This document shows positions 14,128-26,400 of a stretch of DNA of 64,000 nucleotides, in pieces. Each line of letters begins with the position of its first letter. The first letter of the stretch is position 1. The translations under genes and the position numbers were made by a program. The notes under the pieces are model-generated. The model was not told the DNA's origin, searched no databases, and saw nothing but the letters and a program-made list of their open reading frames with translations. Origin of the DNA: Amphiscolops sp. MND2022 (taxonomy: Eukaryota); assembly GCA_964187785.1 (NCBI GenBank), contig OZ076409.1, positions 90,708,001 to 90,772,000 of the forward strand. Reading direction: 5' to 3'.

Positions 14128-14437
14128 ATGAACCCAGATCAAGGTACCGAACTTAGAAGCGGTAGAGTCATAAATTCCTCGTCAGAAACATCTTCTCCAA
14201 GAGATCCAGACATGGCTCAGTCGTCCGCCAATGACTCTGACAACAACGAAACTTCAGATATCTCGTCCCAGTTGTCTGAAATAAAAGAGAACTATGAAAG
14301 GAAGATAAATGAGTTACAAAGCGAGTTTAGCCAACTGAAGAACTTGTTAATGACAGTTATTAGTAAAACCGATGAAAATAACCGGCCATCGACATCGCAA
14401 AGTTCTTCAAAGCCGGCCCACACAGTAGGGTTCGACA
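14128..14437 (+). CDS. gag: gag N-terminal fragment located inside LTR A (ORF runs on into the flank to 14529)
   Basis: MNPDQGTELRSGR..., coiled-coil-like LSEIKENYERKINELQSEFSQLKNLL; positional analogy to the gag start in LTR D. Confidence 0.6.
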
Positions 14438-14802
14438 ACAAACAATATACCAGTTCTGATATAGACAAATGGAAGGATCAAAAAATGAAACTTTTTCTAG
14501 ACTTGAAGGAGAAACGAACAAGCTTGTAACGGAATAAGTCACGCCCCGTTTAAGGACGAAGTCGTAACTTCAAAAGGCGTAACTTTAATGTGAGCCTAGA
14601 GAGCTTTCTCTTTGGTACCTCACCGAGTTGGTGTAATTAGCCATTAGCCTACTGACTGGCAGACGGACGTCCTACCAACTGGGCCATCGTGACTAAATTG
14701 AATGGATTATATCACTGAGTGGATTTTTGGCAGAATTTGGAAAAGAAACGCAACACACTTGATGAATTTCCTCCTCCCACACAAATAAATTCGTGAGTGC
14801 GG

Positions 14803-15024
14803 TGTTATTTTCGGTTCAAACCGGCTCAGACTACCATTTAACCTCTACCGAGATTCGGTCCACAAACTATCTAGTCTAGTTACTAGAGTTGTTTACTAAC
14901 ACACTCAATCTACATTAAATTACATTTGATACATAAGTACAATTTGATTTGATATAGAACAGTTGAAACTAGAGATAAAACTTTTATTCTTTTCCATCTT
15001 AACTTAGATCTAGAGAATACAACA
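14803..15024 (+). repeat. 5' LTR of element B
   Basis: Direct repeat of 19524-19744; followed by a tRNA-Ser-like PBS. Confidence 0.95.
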
Positions 15025-15079
15025 TGGCGCAGTCAGCCAATTTTTAAACCGAAACAAACTCCTTATTATTGAAAACGAG

Positions 15080-18000
15080 ATGGCAGAGAAAAATACTGTC
15101 CCTAATCTCGAAGCAAAAGCCACAGACGGGAATCCGGTATTTACACCGAGACAGTGGCTAGAAAGTTTCCGGCAGTTTTGCAAACGGGAACACATGATGG
15201 ATATCACACCACTAATGAAAGGAGAAAACATGACAAATTCCGGATGGTCCGCAAAAGAACAAGCAATACAACAAGATTTCTTGTGGGGAGTGGGACCGGA
15301 AGTACTATATCAGATAACCAGGGCCGAATATAAAACAGAACCCGACAGCATAAAAGTGAAAGATTTAATCCGGTTATTCACCGAATTCTACATGCCAAAA
15401 AGAAATACATACCATAATCGTGGAGATTTCTTCTGGGCGAAACAAACAGAAGAGGAAACACCGGAAGACTTCTGAAGACGACTAATCGAAATCGAAAAAG
15501 AATGTAACTTTAACAACATTCCAGCAGAAGAATTGTTGATATCAAAAAATATGACAGCAATCACCGACAAAAAATTACGGGACAAAATAATGAAAGAAAA
15601 AACACTAGAACTGAAGAAGATAATTGAACTGATCAAGCAGAACACGTACGAGAAGAAAAACAAAAAGAACACAATACCGGAAGCCTTGATATCAACAAAA
15701 GAGAAACAAATAATAAAGGAAGAACCGATCCAGAGAATGGAAAAATTCGATGCAAGACCGAAAAATAGAAATTTCGCGAACCGAACATGCAGATTCTGTA
15801 ATGCACCAAATTGGACTCCATTACATAAATGTCCCGCACTAGACGCCACTTGTAACAAATTAGGAAAGAAAGGACATTACGCAAAAGTATGCAGACAGAA
15901 AATGAACAACAACCGAACGCTGAAAAGACTAACTGAAAATGAATCAAACGAATCGGACGAACCATCAAGTGAATCCGAAGACAGCCTACATCACATAAAA
16001 AAAAATGAAGAAAATAGACGAAACAAACAAACCCTTCATCACAACACTGAAGATCAACGGAATACCGAAAGAATTTATAATTGATACCGGATCACCAATA
16101 TCATTAATGCCACCGGACGAAAGAATAACAAAATCAACCGAAATACAGAAAATAACAAATCGGTATCAAGATGTAAACAAAAACGAAGTAAAATTCCGGG
16201 GGAAAATACCGGTAAACGTCGAACACGAAAACAACAAACAGAAAATGGAAACCTTGATAACCGAAAGAACAGACATAACACCATTACTGGGGATGGATTG
16301 GATGAAGAAATTCAAACTAACAATTAGCAAAATTCAATTGGCCGAAAACAACCAATCAGAACGCGAGAAAGTATTCAATAAATTTGCGGACTTATTTGAG
16401 AACAACGAAACGATTAAAGACACCGAGATAAATTTTCAATTCAAACCAGGACACTATCCGGCTAAACAAAAAGCAAGACCGATACCACTACACCTTCAAG
16501 AAGATGTCGGACGGGAATTTGAAAAACTAATAAAATCCGGACACTTGGAAAAAATAAACGATGTAGACGAAGACTGTTTTGTATCACCGGTGGTCATAAC
16601 AGTAAAAAGCGACAAGTCGGTGAAAATAGCGCTAGATTCAAGGAAATTGAACGACAGTTGCATTAAAATGAGACCCCATATGCCAAATATGGAAGAATTA
16701 CTGAACCAAATATCGGTGGAAATAACACGCGACAGAACAGTAAAACTTTTCATATCCAAAATAGACTTGGATTACGCATACGGTCAAATGAGATTATCAG
16801 AAGAATCAAGCCGACACTGCGTATTTGCACTAACCGGAGGAAAATTCAGCGGATATTACCGGTTCAAAAAAAGGTTTTACGGACTTGCCGACATACCCAC
16901 AATATTCCAAGAAAAAACCTACCGAACACTTGAATACTGCACACCGGCATGGTTGGACGATATAATTGTGGTAACACGGGGAAGCAGACAAGACCACGAG
17001 AAGAAACTATTCGACGTCCTAAATAAACTGGAAAAAGCCCGTTACCGGGCAAGTAAAAAGAAATCAAAATTCTTTATAAACCGGATAAAATGGTTGGGAC
17101 ACGAAATCGATGAGAACGGAATCAAACCGAACGAAGAAAAAGTAAAAGCAATACTGAAATTGAAACCACCGGAAAACACAAAAGAACTAAAGTCATTTCT
17201 CGGAGCAATAAAATATATGGCAAAATATCTACCGAAGTTTTCGGAAAGAACAGACCGATTACGGAAACTCTTGAAAAAGAACGAAACATGGTATTGGGGA
17301 ACCGAACAAGAAGAAGACTTCGGAAAAACAAAACAGATGCTAACCGAAGGGCCATGCCTAGCACATTACGCAAAAGATAAAGAGAACATAGTAACAACGG
17401 ACGCCAGCACTACCGGACTGGGAATAACACTATGGCAAAAACAAGATGACGGAAACACAAAACCGATAGCATGCGGAAGCAGATACTTGAACGATACCGA
17501 AAAGAAATATTCTATCGGTGAACTAGAACTACTAGCAGTAATGTGGGGACTCGAGAAATTCCGATTTTATTTATTCGGAAAAAAGGTACACCTTTATATT
17601 AAAAGAAACCGGAGCAATAAACAATATAGTGCGCGATTAACAAGATGGTTAGACCGCCTAACTCATTTTGATACATCGATACAACATATCGCAGGAAATA
17701 ACTTGAAATTCACCGATTACCTTAGTAGAAATCCGGTCGGGGGAGCTACACCGGAGGAAAGTTACGACGAGGAATACGTCATCAACATACTATCCGAACA
17801 AGCAAAACTGAACATAAAATAAGTACCAATATTCGCCGACCAATCAAAAAGCGAGAAAGCATTAATCGAGACAAAGAAGAATACATCCGAAGAACAAAAT
17901 GAGAATCGCGCGAACCAATCACAGAAAAATAGAACATTCGAGAACGAAAACAACGTGAACAAACACCAACGAAATAAGAAAATCACATCCGGGCAGTCCG

Positions 18001-19357
18001 AAATTAGCACGCTAGAGAGAAGTCATTCAACGAAAGAAGCTAAAAGTTTAAATCAAATTCAAAAGAGCAGAAAATTAAATACGGAAGTTAGCGAAATGGA
18101 TCGCGAAAACTTCTATCACTGGGGCGCCACACGTGAAATTATGGAGATTATCCGCAGACGGAACAACAGCCCAGAGACACGCCGACTAGTCGAACAAAGA
18201 AATCAACTATCCCGGCCAGGAACACTACGACGCCGGTACGACCAATACACACAACGGACAGTATTCGCCCCATCAAGACCAAACAAAAGGAGTAGAGAGG
18301 AGATTGCTGAAATCGATGCGCAGATAATGAGGAGAGCGAATCGACTGGGAGGCGGGTACCAACCCATGATCGAAGAACAAGGCGAACCGGAAGAATTACG
18401 GGAAGAAGGCGAGCTGGAAATTGAAAACGCCGAGACCGAAGAAGACAGTATCATAATGCGGGGCGACAATCTACCTATAATGCGATATACAATACATACC
18501 GGACTAAAATTAACACCATTCGAACTACACCACGGTAGAAAACCGAGAACCGAATTAACAAATATTGTTAAAGACGGAAAATCATACCTATCTGATTGGT
18601 CAGAACTATATGTTTCAGCATCAAACAAACCAAAAATCCCAATGTATGTGGGCTGTGATGCGGATGGAGACATCACAAATCACATCGTGATGGCGAGAAC
18701 GAAGACAGAGGAAAAACACCTCGCCGACAGACCAAAGTCACTGAAAAGAAAAATTCGGTTAGATACCCATTTCATTTTGTTGAAAAAAACTACAACAAAA
18801 AATCATTAGAAGGAAAATTCCAAAACAAAATCCAAACCGCCATAAGCGGAACCGAGAGTACCATAAAAACCGATACCGGAAAAATAATAAACCAAAAATT
18901 TATTTCGGGCCCATTATTTCAGACCGAGAGAAAAATCAGAAAAGAGCCGGCCTTACACACAACCGGCGACATAAACCCAAAAAACCGACACTGCATACGC
19001 GGACTGGACGGGAAGTACTGCCGGTGGGATGAAATCCTCAAGGACATCCTGAACGGCAAACTGAAAATCGTCCCGAACAAAAAGCGGGCAGAAAGTGATA
19101 CCGAAGAAGACGATGATGACGAAGACGAAGAAAAGCTGGCAGAAGCCGGAACACCAATAGTGTACGACAAATCCGAGGAAGACGGGAGATACGTGCCAAT
19201 ACGGACAAATCCGGAAGAAGAAGACACGTTACAATTACATACCGACAGCGAAATAACGGGTGAGAAACCAAAAACACAAATAAGACGAACTAACCGAGAA
19301 AGCAAAATACCGAATAGATACGGAAGTATAACATATACCGGAAACTTTTGGGGATAG
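15080..19357 (+). pseudogene. gag-pol: gag-pol of element B, fragmented
   Basis: Gag with zinc knuckles (CRFC...HKC, CNKLGKKGHYAKVC), protease IDTGS, RT WLDD, RNase H TDAS; stops at 15473 and 17820, frameshifts near 16000 and 18750. Confidence 0.92.
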
Positions 19358-19523
19358 AAAATAAATGTTTAATTTATATTACAGGTACCGTGTGGACCAG
19401 ACACAAGGGAATACCGAAACCCGAGACAGCACAAAAGCCAGCGGATTTTCTCCCAGAAGAATCCAAAACCCCAGGCCCCTCAAACCAAAATTGAAGAAGA
19501 CGTGAAAAGAATGAGGGGAGAAA

Positions 19524-19744
19524 TGTTATATTCGGTTCAAACCGGCCCAGACTACCATTTAACCTCTACCGAGATTCGGTCCACAAACTATCTAGTCTAG
19601 ATACTACAGTTGTTTACTAACAAACTCAATCTACATTAAATTACATTTGGTACATAAGTACAATTTGATTTGATACAGAACAGTTGAAACTAGAGATATA
19701 ACTTTTATTCTTTTCATCTTAACTTAGATCTAGAGAATACAACA
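19524..19744 (+). repeat. 3' LTR of element B
   Basis: Direct repeat of 14803-15024, preceded by PPT. Confidence 0.95.
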
Positions 19745-21198
19745 TGCGGAAAATAAAAATTACAGTTATTTGATAAATTAGGGCATGAAACTGTTATTTT
19801 CTTGTGGGATTAGATATAAAAACACTATTATGATGAATTGATATCTGAAATCACTGTTATCGTCTGATGGAATAGGATATAAAATCACTATTAGTTGATA
19901 GAATGAAGCCTAATGTTGCTATATTCGGATGCGAAAAGCTTCAAGATCACTATTATGTTGAAAAATGATCCAAATTCAGTGAAGTCTCCTGGTGGTATTC
20001 GGTTCAAATTCACAGTAATCACTTGAAGACCACATCGATTTTCCACAAATTATCACTGTGTTATCAGAAACATTTTATATCTTATTCCCCAAAAACAGTG
20101 AATTTAGATTTTTAGCTGAAGTAGGCTGCAGTGATTGCAGATCCTAATTCACCAGACTACCGTGATTACAGAAACGTTGTCCTTTCCTACTCTACCAAAT
20201 TATAGTTGCTCTATGAAATCGAGGCTGACATGAAAAACAAGTAAACTTGTTTCGCATTTTGCTGGAGGCGGCCGCTTGCGATTCTGTTTCATACTCCGTC
20301 CAACGCACTTATCAGAGGACGCTCCCGGGGACAATCCCTCTGAATTAAAACTGCGAGATCGCTCAACAAACTGTTTTTGTACTTTCATACTATTTTATAC
20401 GCTTTTGTAAACGATCAGTTATACCATTCCATGCGATACTCAGCATTAGCATTAGACACCAAACGCACAAGCGAGAATGAAACTAGTTCAATCGTCCGCT
20501 CGCTTGGCGCGTTAGACTACCGGTCCAAAGAGCCTATTGACCAATCAGGGCTCAGTACTAATTTGGTCGGAAGACGCAACTTAAATATAACAGCAACGCC
20601 AAATAAGGCCATGCGCCGTAATAGGCCTATCTCTGAAAAACCAATTACTAAAAGGACGATTTATCTCAATGAAGCCCTGGCGCTATTATTCAACTATATT
20701 CTCTATTTCTTTCCTAAAACAACTGATGCAGTTAAGTCGAATTCAGATGTGTTTGATGAAAAAGATGAATTTTATTACAAATCCTTTGGCCCTTTGAGAG
20801 TCAAACGCTTCATCACCCATGTGCTTGTAGTGCTGTAATATTTTACAGGCAAGTCGTTGCTCAATATATGAAGGGTTGCCATAAACTTTTTTTGCCTCAC
20901 TTGACTGGCGCTCTCACATTCCTATCTAAGCAAATATGATCTTGCAGCATGTGAGCCCTATGAAGTTTATTTTTTTTTGCCCGAATAGTTTTTCCTAATG
21001 CTATTTTTACAACAAACTTAGGCTTGGTTTACATCTATGACCATCATTTTGTTGAATGTCATCCTCCTCAGGCTATAAGAGCCCATTTTGACGAAGCTCT
21101 GGCACAATTGTAGTTGTTGATTCATTGAAAACGTTCAGATGAATCAATTGATCAAAGAACAAGTCAGGAATATACGTTCCTTCCTGAACTACTTTTCC

Positions 21199-21723
21199 AT
21201 GCCGTCAACTAGAAGACAGAACGCGAAAGCGAGGAGATCAATGGACATACAGTACGATTACGAAAAAAGACGTTGGGAATGATAAACTCAAACTCAATTG
21301 AAAGAGAGTTAGGAAATGTCCTAAATAGGCTGTTAGGCCATAGCAACATTGAGGCTCTTCCTCATCTCCGAGAAAATTCAACTCAGGAAAATGAAAGTAG
21401 AGATATTGAAGCTGGGGATGAAGCTCTCTGACAGGACAGATTATCAGAATCTATAGAAATTCTGTCAATTGAACTGAGCATGAGACTTTCTCAAGAGATG
21501 GACTCATTAATGAACATTATGCATACCCAGACCAATCGGGCCATAAGCTCTGCTGTTAGTGACAGGCTTTTCCCTGAAATACAAGATATAATGGGAACTT
21601 TTCCTTTGGGACAAAGGACAGTGAGGCTGGTACGTCCTCTGACAATCAAGGTCTCGCTGCAAAACTAGATGGGTTAAACGCAAACTTAACAAAGAAGGGA
21701 ATCTGCAGATCTTAGTCCTTACA
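21199..21723 (+). pseudogene. Degenerate gag-N-terminus-like relic, possibly the end of an old solo LTR of a related family
   Basis: Starts MPSTRRQNAKARRS (cf. MTTRSQKRKA in D), helical LSQEMDSLMNIMHTQTNRAISSAV segment, several stops, ends ...CCTTACA. Confidence 0.35.
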
Positions 21724-21929
21724 CCGTTGCATTGATTATCTGCACTCGTTTGCAGACAATTGGCGTTGGCAGTTTCAGGAGATTGTTGATTTTAGGCTTT
21801 ATTCTATCAAATGACTGTGAATTCAGATCATAATCAGTAAAAATAGTGATTTTTAGTCGGCGCTTCATGAAGTGAAACGCGACTATTATAGTGATTCTTT
21901 TTTTTTCTATCCACACGAACTGACCAAAA

Positions 21930-22529
21930 TAGTTCTACAAAATATTATTGCACCAAAATGCACTATTTGGTCTGGCGAACTGAACCAAAATGGTTTTACC
22001 TGTTTTTCCGCGTAACATACCAAACCGGGCGAGACCAAGAGTCCCCCCTTTCAATTTTTTTCGGCACTGCGAGACATTTTTTTTCGGAATCTTTTTTTCG
22101 AAATTTTTTTTCCCCAAAGGGTCCCCCTTGCATTTTTTTGATGTTTTGCGACAGAATGGATGTTGAAAAACCTCAAAGGGTCCCCCCTTTCAGTTTTTTT
22201 CGGCATTGTGAGATTTTTTTCCCGAAAATGAAAAAAAATTTTTTCTTCAATTTTTTCATGTTTTGCGACAGAATGGATGTTGAAAAACCTCAAAGGGTCC
22301 CCCCTTTCAGTTTTTCGGCATTGTGAGACTTTAGCGCGCCAGGGGCTCGCGCTAGCGAGCCCCGGCGCGCCACTCGGTCCATTTTTTTAGTATGTAATTT
22401 TTTCAAAAAAAAAATTTTCGAAAAATTTTTGATTTTCGAGTACTGTAAAAGAATACTTGACACTTGGAAGTCTTTTTGCTATTTTTGAGCCTTGGATATG
22501 GCGCCGACTTGGGCCGGTCCCGGCTTGTT
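21930..22529 (-). mobile_element. Non-autonomous interspersed repeat (HINE/DINE-1-like) with internal ~117-bp duplication and GC hairpin
   Basis: Terminal GCCGACTTGGGCCGGTCCCGGCTTGTT is shared with ~40705-40732; duplicated unit at 22141-22214 and 22258-22329; hairpin at 22334-22370. Confidence 0.55.
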
Positions 22530-23419
22530 TAGTCTACAGAGGTGTGGTTTCAGTTCTTATTCCACCAGAAAAGAACGATGAGTATAAATCTTATTCCTCC
22601 AGGAGCTTATAATGAGTTAATATTTCATTCCACCGTGACTATGGAATTGATCTTACTCCATCGGTTTACTGTTAATTTATTACTTATTTCACTAAAGCCA
22701 GCGATTTAGTACGAAGTTTCCGGTCAGAGCACCATTCGTTAGTGAAAATCTACAAAGACCGTTTTTGGGCCAAAAAGGCAAGAAAATGTTTCAAACGGTA
22801 AGGAAGTGAATTGCCCAGTTTTGGTACTTGATACTTGGTCAAAATTGATGATCGTGCTCTGATAGAAACTTCGAGAAAAACAGCAAAAATGTTCGTGAGA
22901 AAGGGCAAATTTTCAAAATGTGGAGTGGCATTGGCAGTTCCTTGGAATCCTTGAAAGTCACTACGTGTAGGAATCATCTACCTTCAAAAGTTATTTAATA
23001 AGAAATCTTTGAGAAGTCATGTGGCCAATCAAATAATTTTTTATGCATTCATACCAGGTTTCATAATTCGTTTGCAGTTGAAAGGGTCATTCGCAGAAGT
23101 CATTCAAAACAAGAAAATTAAGAGTGAAGTGTCAAATAGAAACGAAAGTGTCAAGTTTCGTTGTCAAGTTTTGATTCAAATCAAATCATGGCAGCCTTAT
23201 TAATATTTTCCTGGGAACAAGATGCTTTGTTTCATCGTCTTAATGACATAGTTTCATGCTACTTGAAGAAAAGACTTTTTGTCAAAAAATGAATTGCTTT
23301 CTCTCAAATACAACTTTTATTTCAGTTCAGCGTTAGAAAAAATCTTACATGAATTGAAAACGAATGCTTTTGTTTAGTAAATAGTAATCTGTTAGAAATT
23401 AAAAAGGTAATTTGAATCA

Positions 23420-26400
23420 TCAGTCAACCAAGATATTCATAGGTCTTGTCGATGAAAACACTTCCTTTGAAAGTGGAGAAAACTCAGAGGCAATGCTGTA
23501 TGCATTTTTCACTACTTGAGGAAACTCAAATCGAATTTTGCTCACAGCGCTCTCAAGGGCTGGGTTCGCGACCACTATTCTGTGTGATGTCTCGTCACCC
23601 CGACCGTTGCCATCGGATTGCGACTTTAAGGTCAACACTCTGACATATGATGACTGTTTGACCTCAATGTTCTCTAAACGACCTAAGTCTTCGCCAGGTA
23701 TCTCAGTGCTTGCCAGAATATTTCCAGACAAGGTGTCAACGATAGAAATGAAATTTCCAACTGAGTTTTTAAACAATAAAACCCCAGTTCGGAAGTCTGA
23801 TTGGTTGAAATGGAAGTTTGTTGTTGACAAAATGGGCTGAGAGACTGAGGCTAGGGCACACGTTTGCATGATTTGCTGTTTGTGCACGTCAAATGTGTGG
23901 ATTCGGAATGATTCATCTGAAAAATTTTAGTGATATCAACACTTTTACACATACTTTTTATGCATTTTGTGTCATCAATTCTCATAAAAGTGTTAAATAA
24001 ACACAGGGGAAATGCATTGAAAAAAAAACGTTTCTGCAGGGGAAATGCATTTTCTTTTTTTTTAAAAGAAAAAACGAGATGAGAGTCAGTTAATCATATA
24101 AATAAATATCATGATGTCTGATTTATTTTTTACTTTAAAGTTTCTTTTTTCCCATATGATGTTTTTCCCCTACCATGTTAATAGTGGAGTATTTTCGTTC
24201 CAATGGTATAAAATTGACTCATCCTAGAGGATGTCTTCGAAATACAATGCTTTGAGTTTCTTTTAGGTTGGTAGGACGAATAAGTGAAGTTTTGACTTTG
24301 TTTTCGTGGTAATGCTTCAATGTTTTCAATTTTAGCTTTGAAAAGCATTTACAGTTCCAGTACTAACAAATCAAAACTCTGGTCGAAGTTACAACGGCAA
24401 CGTCTTGGACTTGATTTCTGAATTCCAGACTCACACTTCTGAACATGTTGTCCCTCTGGGTCGACTGGTTCCAAGCAAGTATCTGGATTTTAGATGACTC
24501 CTCCAAGAAAATCACAACTGGTGCGTTGTCACATTTCGATGGCAAAAGTTCTAAATTCAAAACCATGAAAATACCATTAAAATCTCATTTTGAGAACAAT
24601 AAAGCTTGAAATAATTTTAAGTCATAATTTTTTCACATCTCCGCGAACTGTTCATGGAATTTTCTTCAAAAAGATCAACGAAGTGAAGAACTTCTATAGC
24701 TCAGACCAAAAAAAGTGGCGGTAGGTTTTTGAAACTTTATGGAGTAACAAATACATGAAAATTAACAAAAAATATATAGAAAGGAAGGGTTTTCAGTCTG
24801 TTATGAGTCGAAATGAGTTGGTTGTCCTTAAATCTGTTTCTTGTTGGTAGCTAGACCTAGGCATCCTTCCAAACGTCTTGAAATTGACTCCATCAAACGG
24901 ACTTGAATTTCTTGTGTAATTGCAAGTTGAGATTCTCGAATATATGCGCGCAGTTCTTCGACTATATTTTTTCTAGTGATAACTTTTGATGAGTATTGCC
25001 TTTTCAAATGCGCTTACTTTTGGCAGTGCCAACTTTTTGCGATACTTCATGAAGCAAACTGCTCGATAAGTACACGTTGTTTCTTTCCAGCCATATTGGG
25101 TTCATTGACCCCTCCAGTCGCACCATTTGAATGTCACTCAAGCTTCCAATACTGAACGTCTCCGTTATCTCGTCTGAAAAAGTGGAAAAACGTATAAGTG
25201 CAGAATTTCAAGTTTTTCAAACAGACTGGTACGTTGACAGCAGCTTGAAAAACTACAAGCTTTTAAAAAAACAGAAAAAATATTGAAGAGTCTCTAGAAA
25301 GAACATTCGAGAAAGTTGTATTTCGAAAAGAAAAACCTTACGAGGTGTGGTGTTACACCTTCTTTAAGAACTACGCGGTTTGGTGACTTGCTTTAATGTT
25401 CCAGTTTGAATTTTTCGGCAGAAGAATCGGATAAAATTGTTGAATGATAGAAGTTCAAGTTGATATCAAAAATCTGACGTGGCATCCAAAAATTCAGGAG
25501 ACGCTTTTTCAAAAATCATGTTTTGATAAAAAGTTGAGATTTCTCATAAAATAAAGTTTTAAAAAGACCTATAACTTGACTTCAGTATTGTAGTTTTTTC
25601 GAGACTAATGTACAATTGAGGGGGTGAAACTGTCCACTATATTCAGTCCGCTATAGCCAAAAAGGACGCTGAAAAGAACTGCTTATACATACTGTTCACT
25701 GTGTCCAGAATTCTGAGGTCTTTCTCTGATATAATAGCGATGTGGTCATTTCTGGCCCAAATTTCGATCCTATCTGATGCATTCTCCAAAACTGGCTTCA
25801 TGACATCTAAAAATATGAGATATAAACCAAGTCTTTCAATTTAACAGATCAAATTCTTACGTTTTACAGGGTCTTTTAGAAATTATGTGCCAACTTTAAT
25901 TTCAAATATCTCAATAAGTACTATTCAGAACGTATCGACTGTTTAACACATTTTCACCATTATAAGAACTTTTATTTTTGATACATTAAAATTTTATTCA
26001 TCTACATTAGGTGCTGGAAATGACCTCCATTCTGATCTCCACACAGCTGTAATCGCTTCCGAATATTGAATAAGTTGGTTCATGACCGGAAAGTGTGGAA
26101 AATTGAAATTTCCACTTACCCGGGTCGACCCTCCATGGATATCTTAGTAAGATCTTAATAAGAATCTTGCCATGGGATCCATGGCTGCCAAGATGTAGTA
26201 AGAATTTGGCAAGATCTTGCCAAGACAGCCAAGATGATAGTAAGAGGGTCAACCCGGGTAACAATAAAACTGAGCAAAATAAAATACAAATCAATCAAAA
26301 GTGCCAATTTTTCTCTATAAAACCTAAATAAACATTCTTGTTAAATTTGATCAATTTCTCACAATTGGAAGATAGTTTTGACACGTAATTTCTGAAAGAC

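Larger units (their letters stand above)
1..14437 (+). mobile_element. Element A: large Ty3/Gypsy LTR retrotransposon, 5' part outside window (pol, antisense spliced gene, ~2.2 kb 3' LTR)
   Basis: pol with RT-RNaseH-IN order at 25-4392; purine run GGGGAG followed by TGTCA at 12196; terminal ...TTCGACA at 14437; same layout as element D and clearly homologous pol (KWYPTPE/KFWFPTPE, IFARHRFDIGMN/IFARHRLDIGMN). Confidence 0.85.
12196..14437 (+). repeat. Putative 3' LTR of element A (~2.24 kb)
   Basis: Starts TGTCA after GGGGAG, ends CGACA; last ~310 bp encode a gag-like N-terminus as in the D LTR. The second LTR is not in the window, so boundaries are inferred. Confidence 0.65.
14803..19744 (+). 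mobile_element. Element B: Ty3/Gypsy (Mag-like) LTR retrotransposon, defective, integrase core deleted
   Basis: LTRs 14803-15024 and 19524-19744 (TG...CA, ~8 substitutions + 1 indel); TSD TGCGG at 14798-14802 and 19745-19749; PBS TGGCGCAGTCAGC at 15025; PPT ...GAGGGGAGAAA before 19524. Confidence 0.96.

Noticed and set aside
19750..20170. Recurrent ATCACTATTA-like words (also reversed near 21840-21900)
   Set aside because: Probably an old degenerate repeat; I could not define its boundaries or class.
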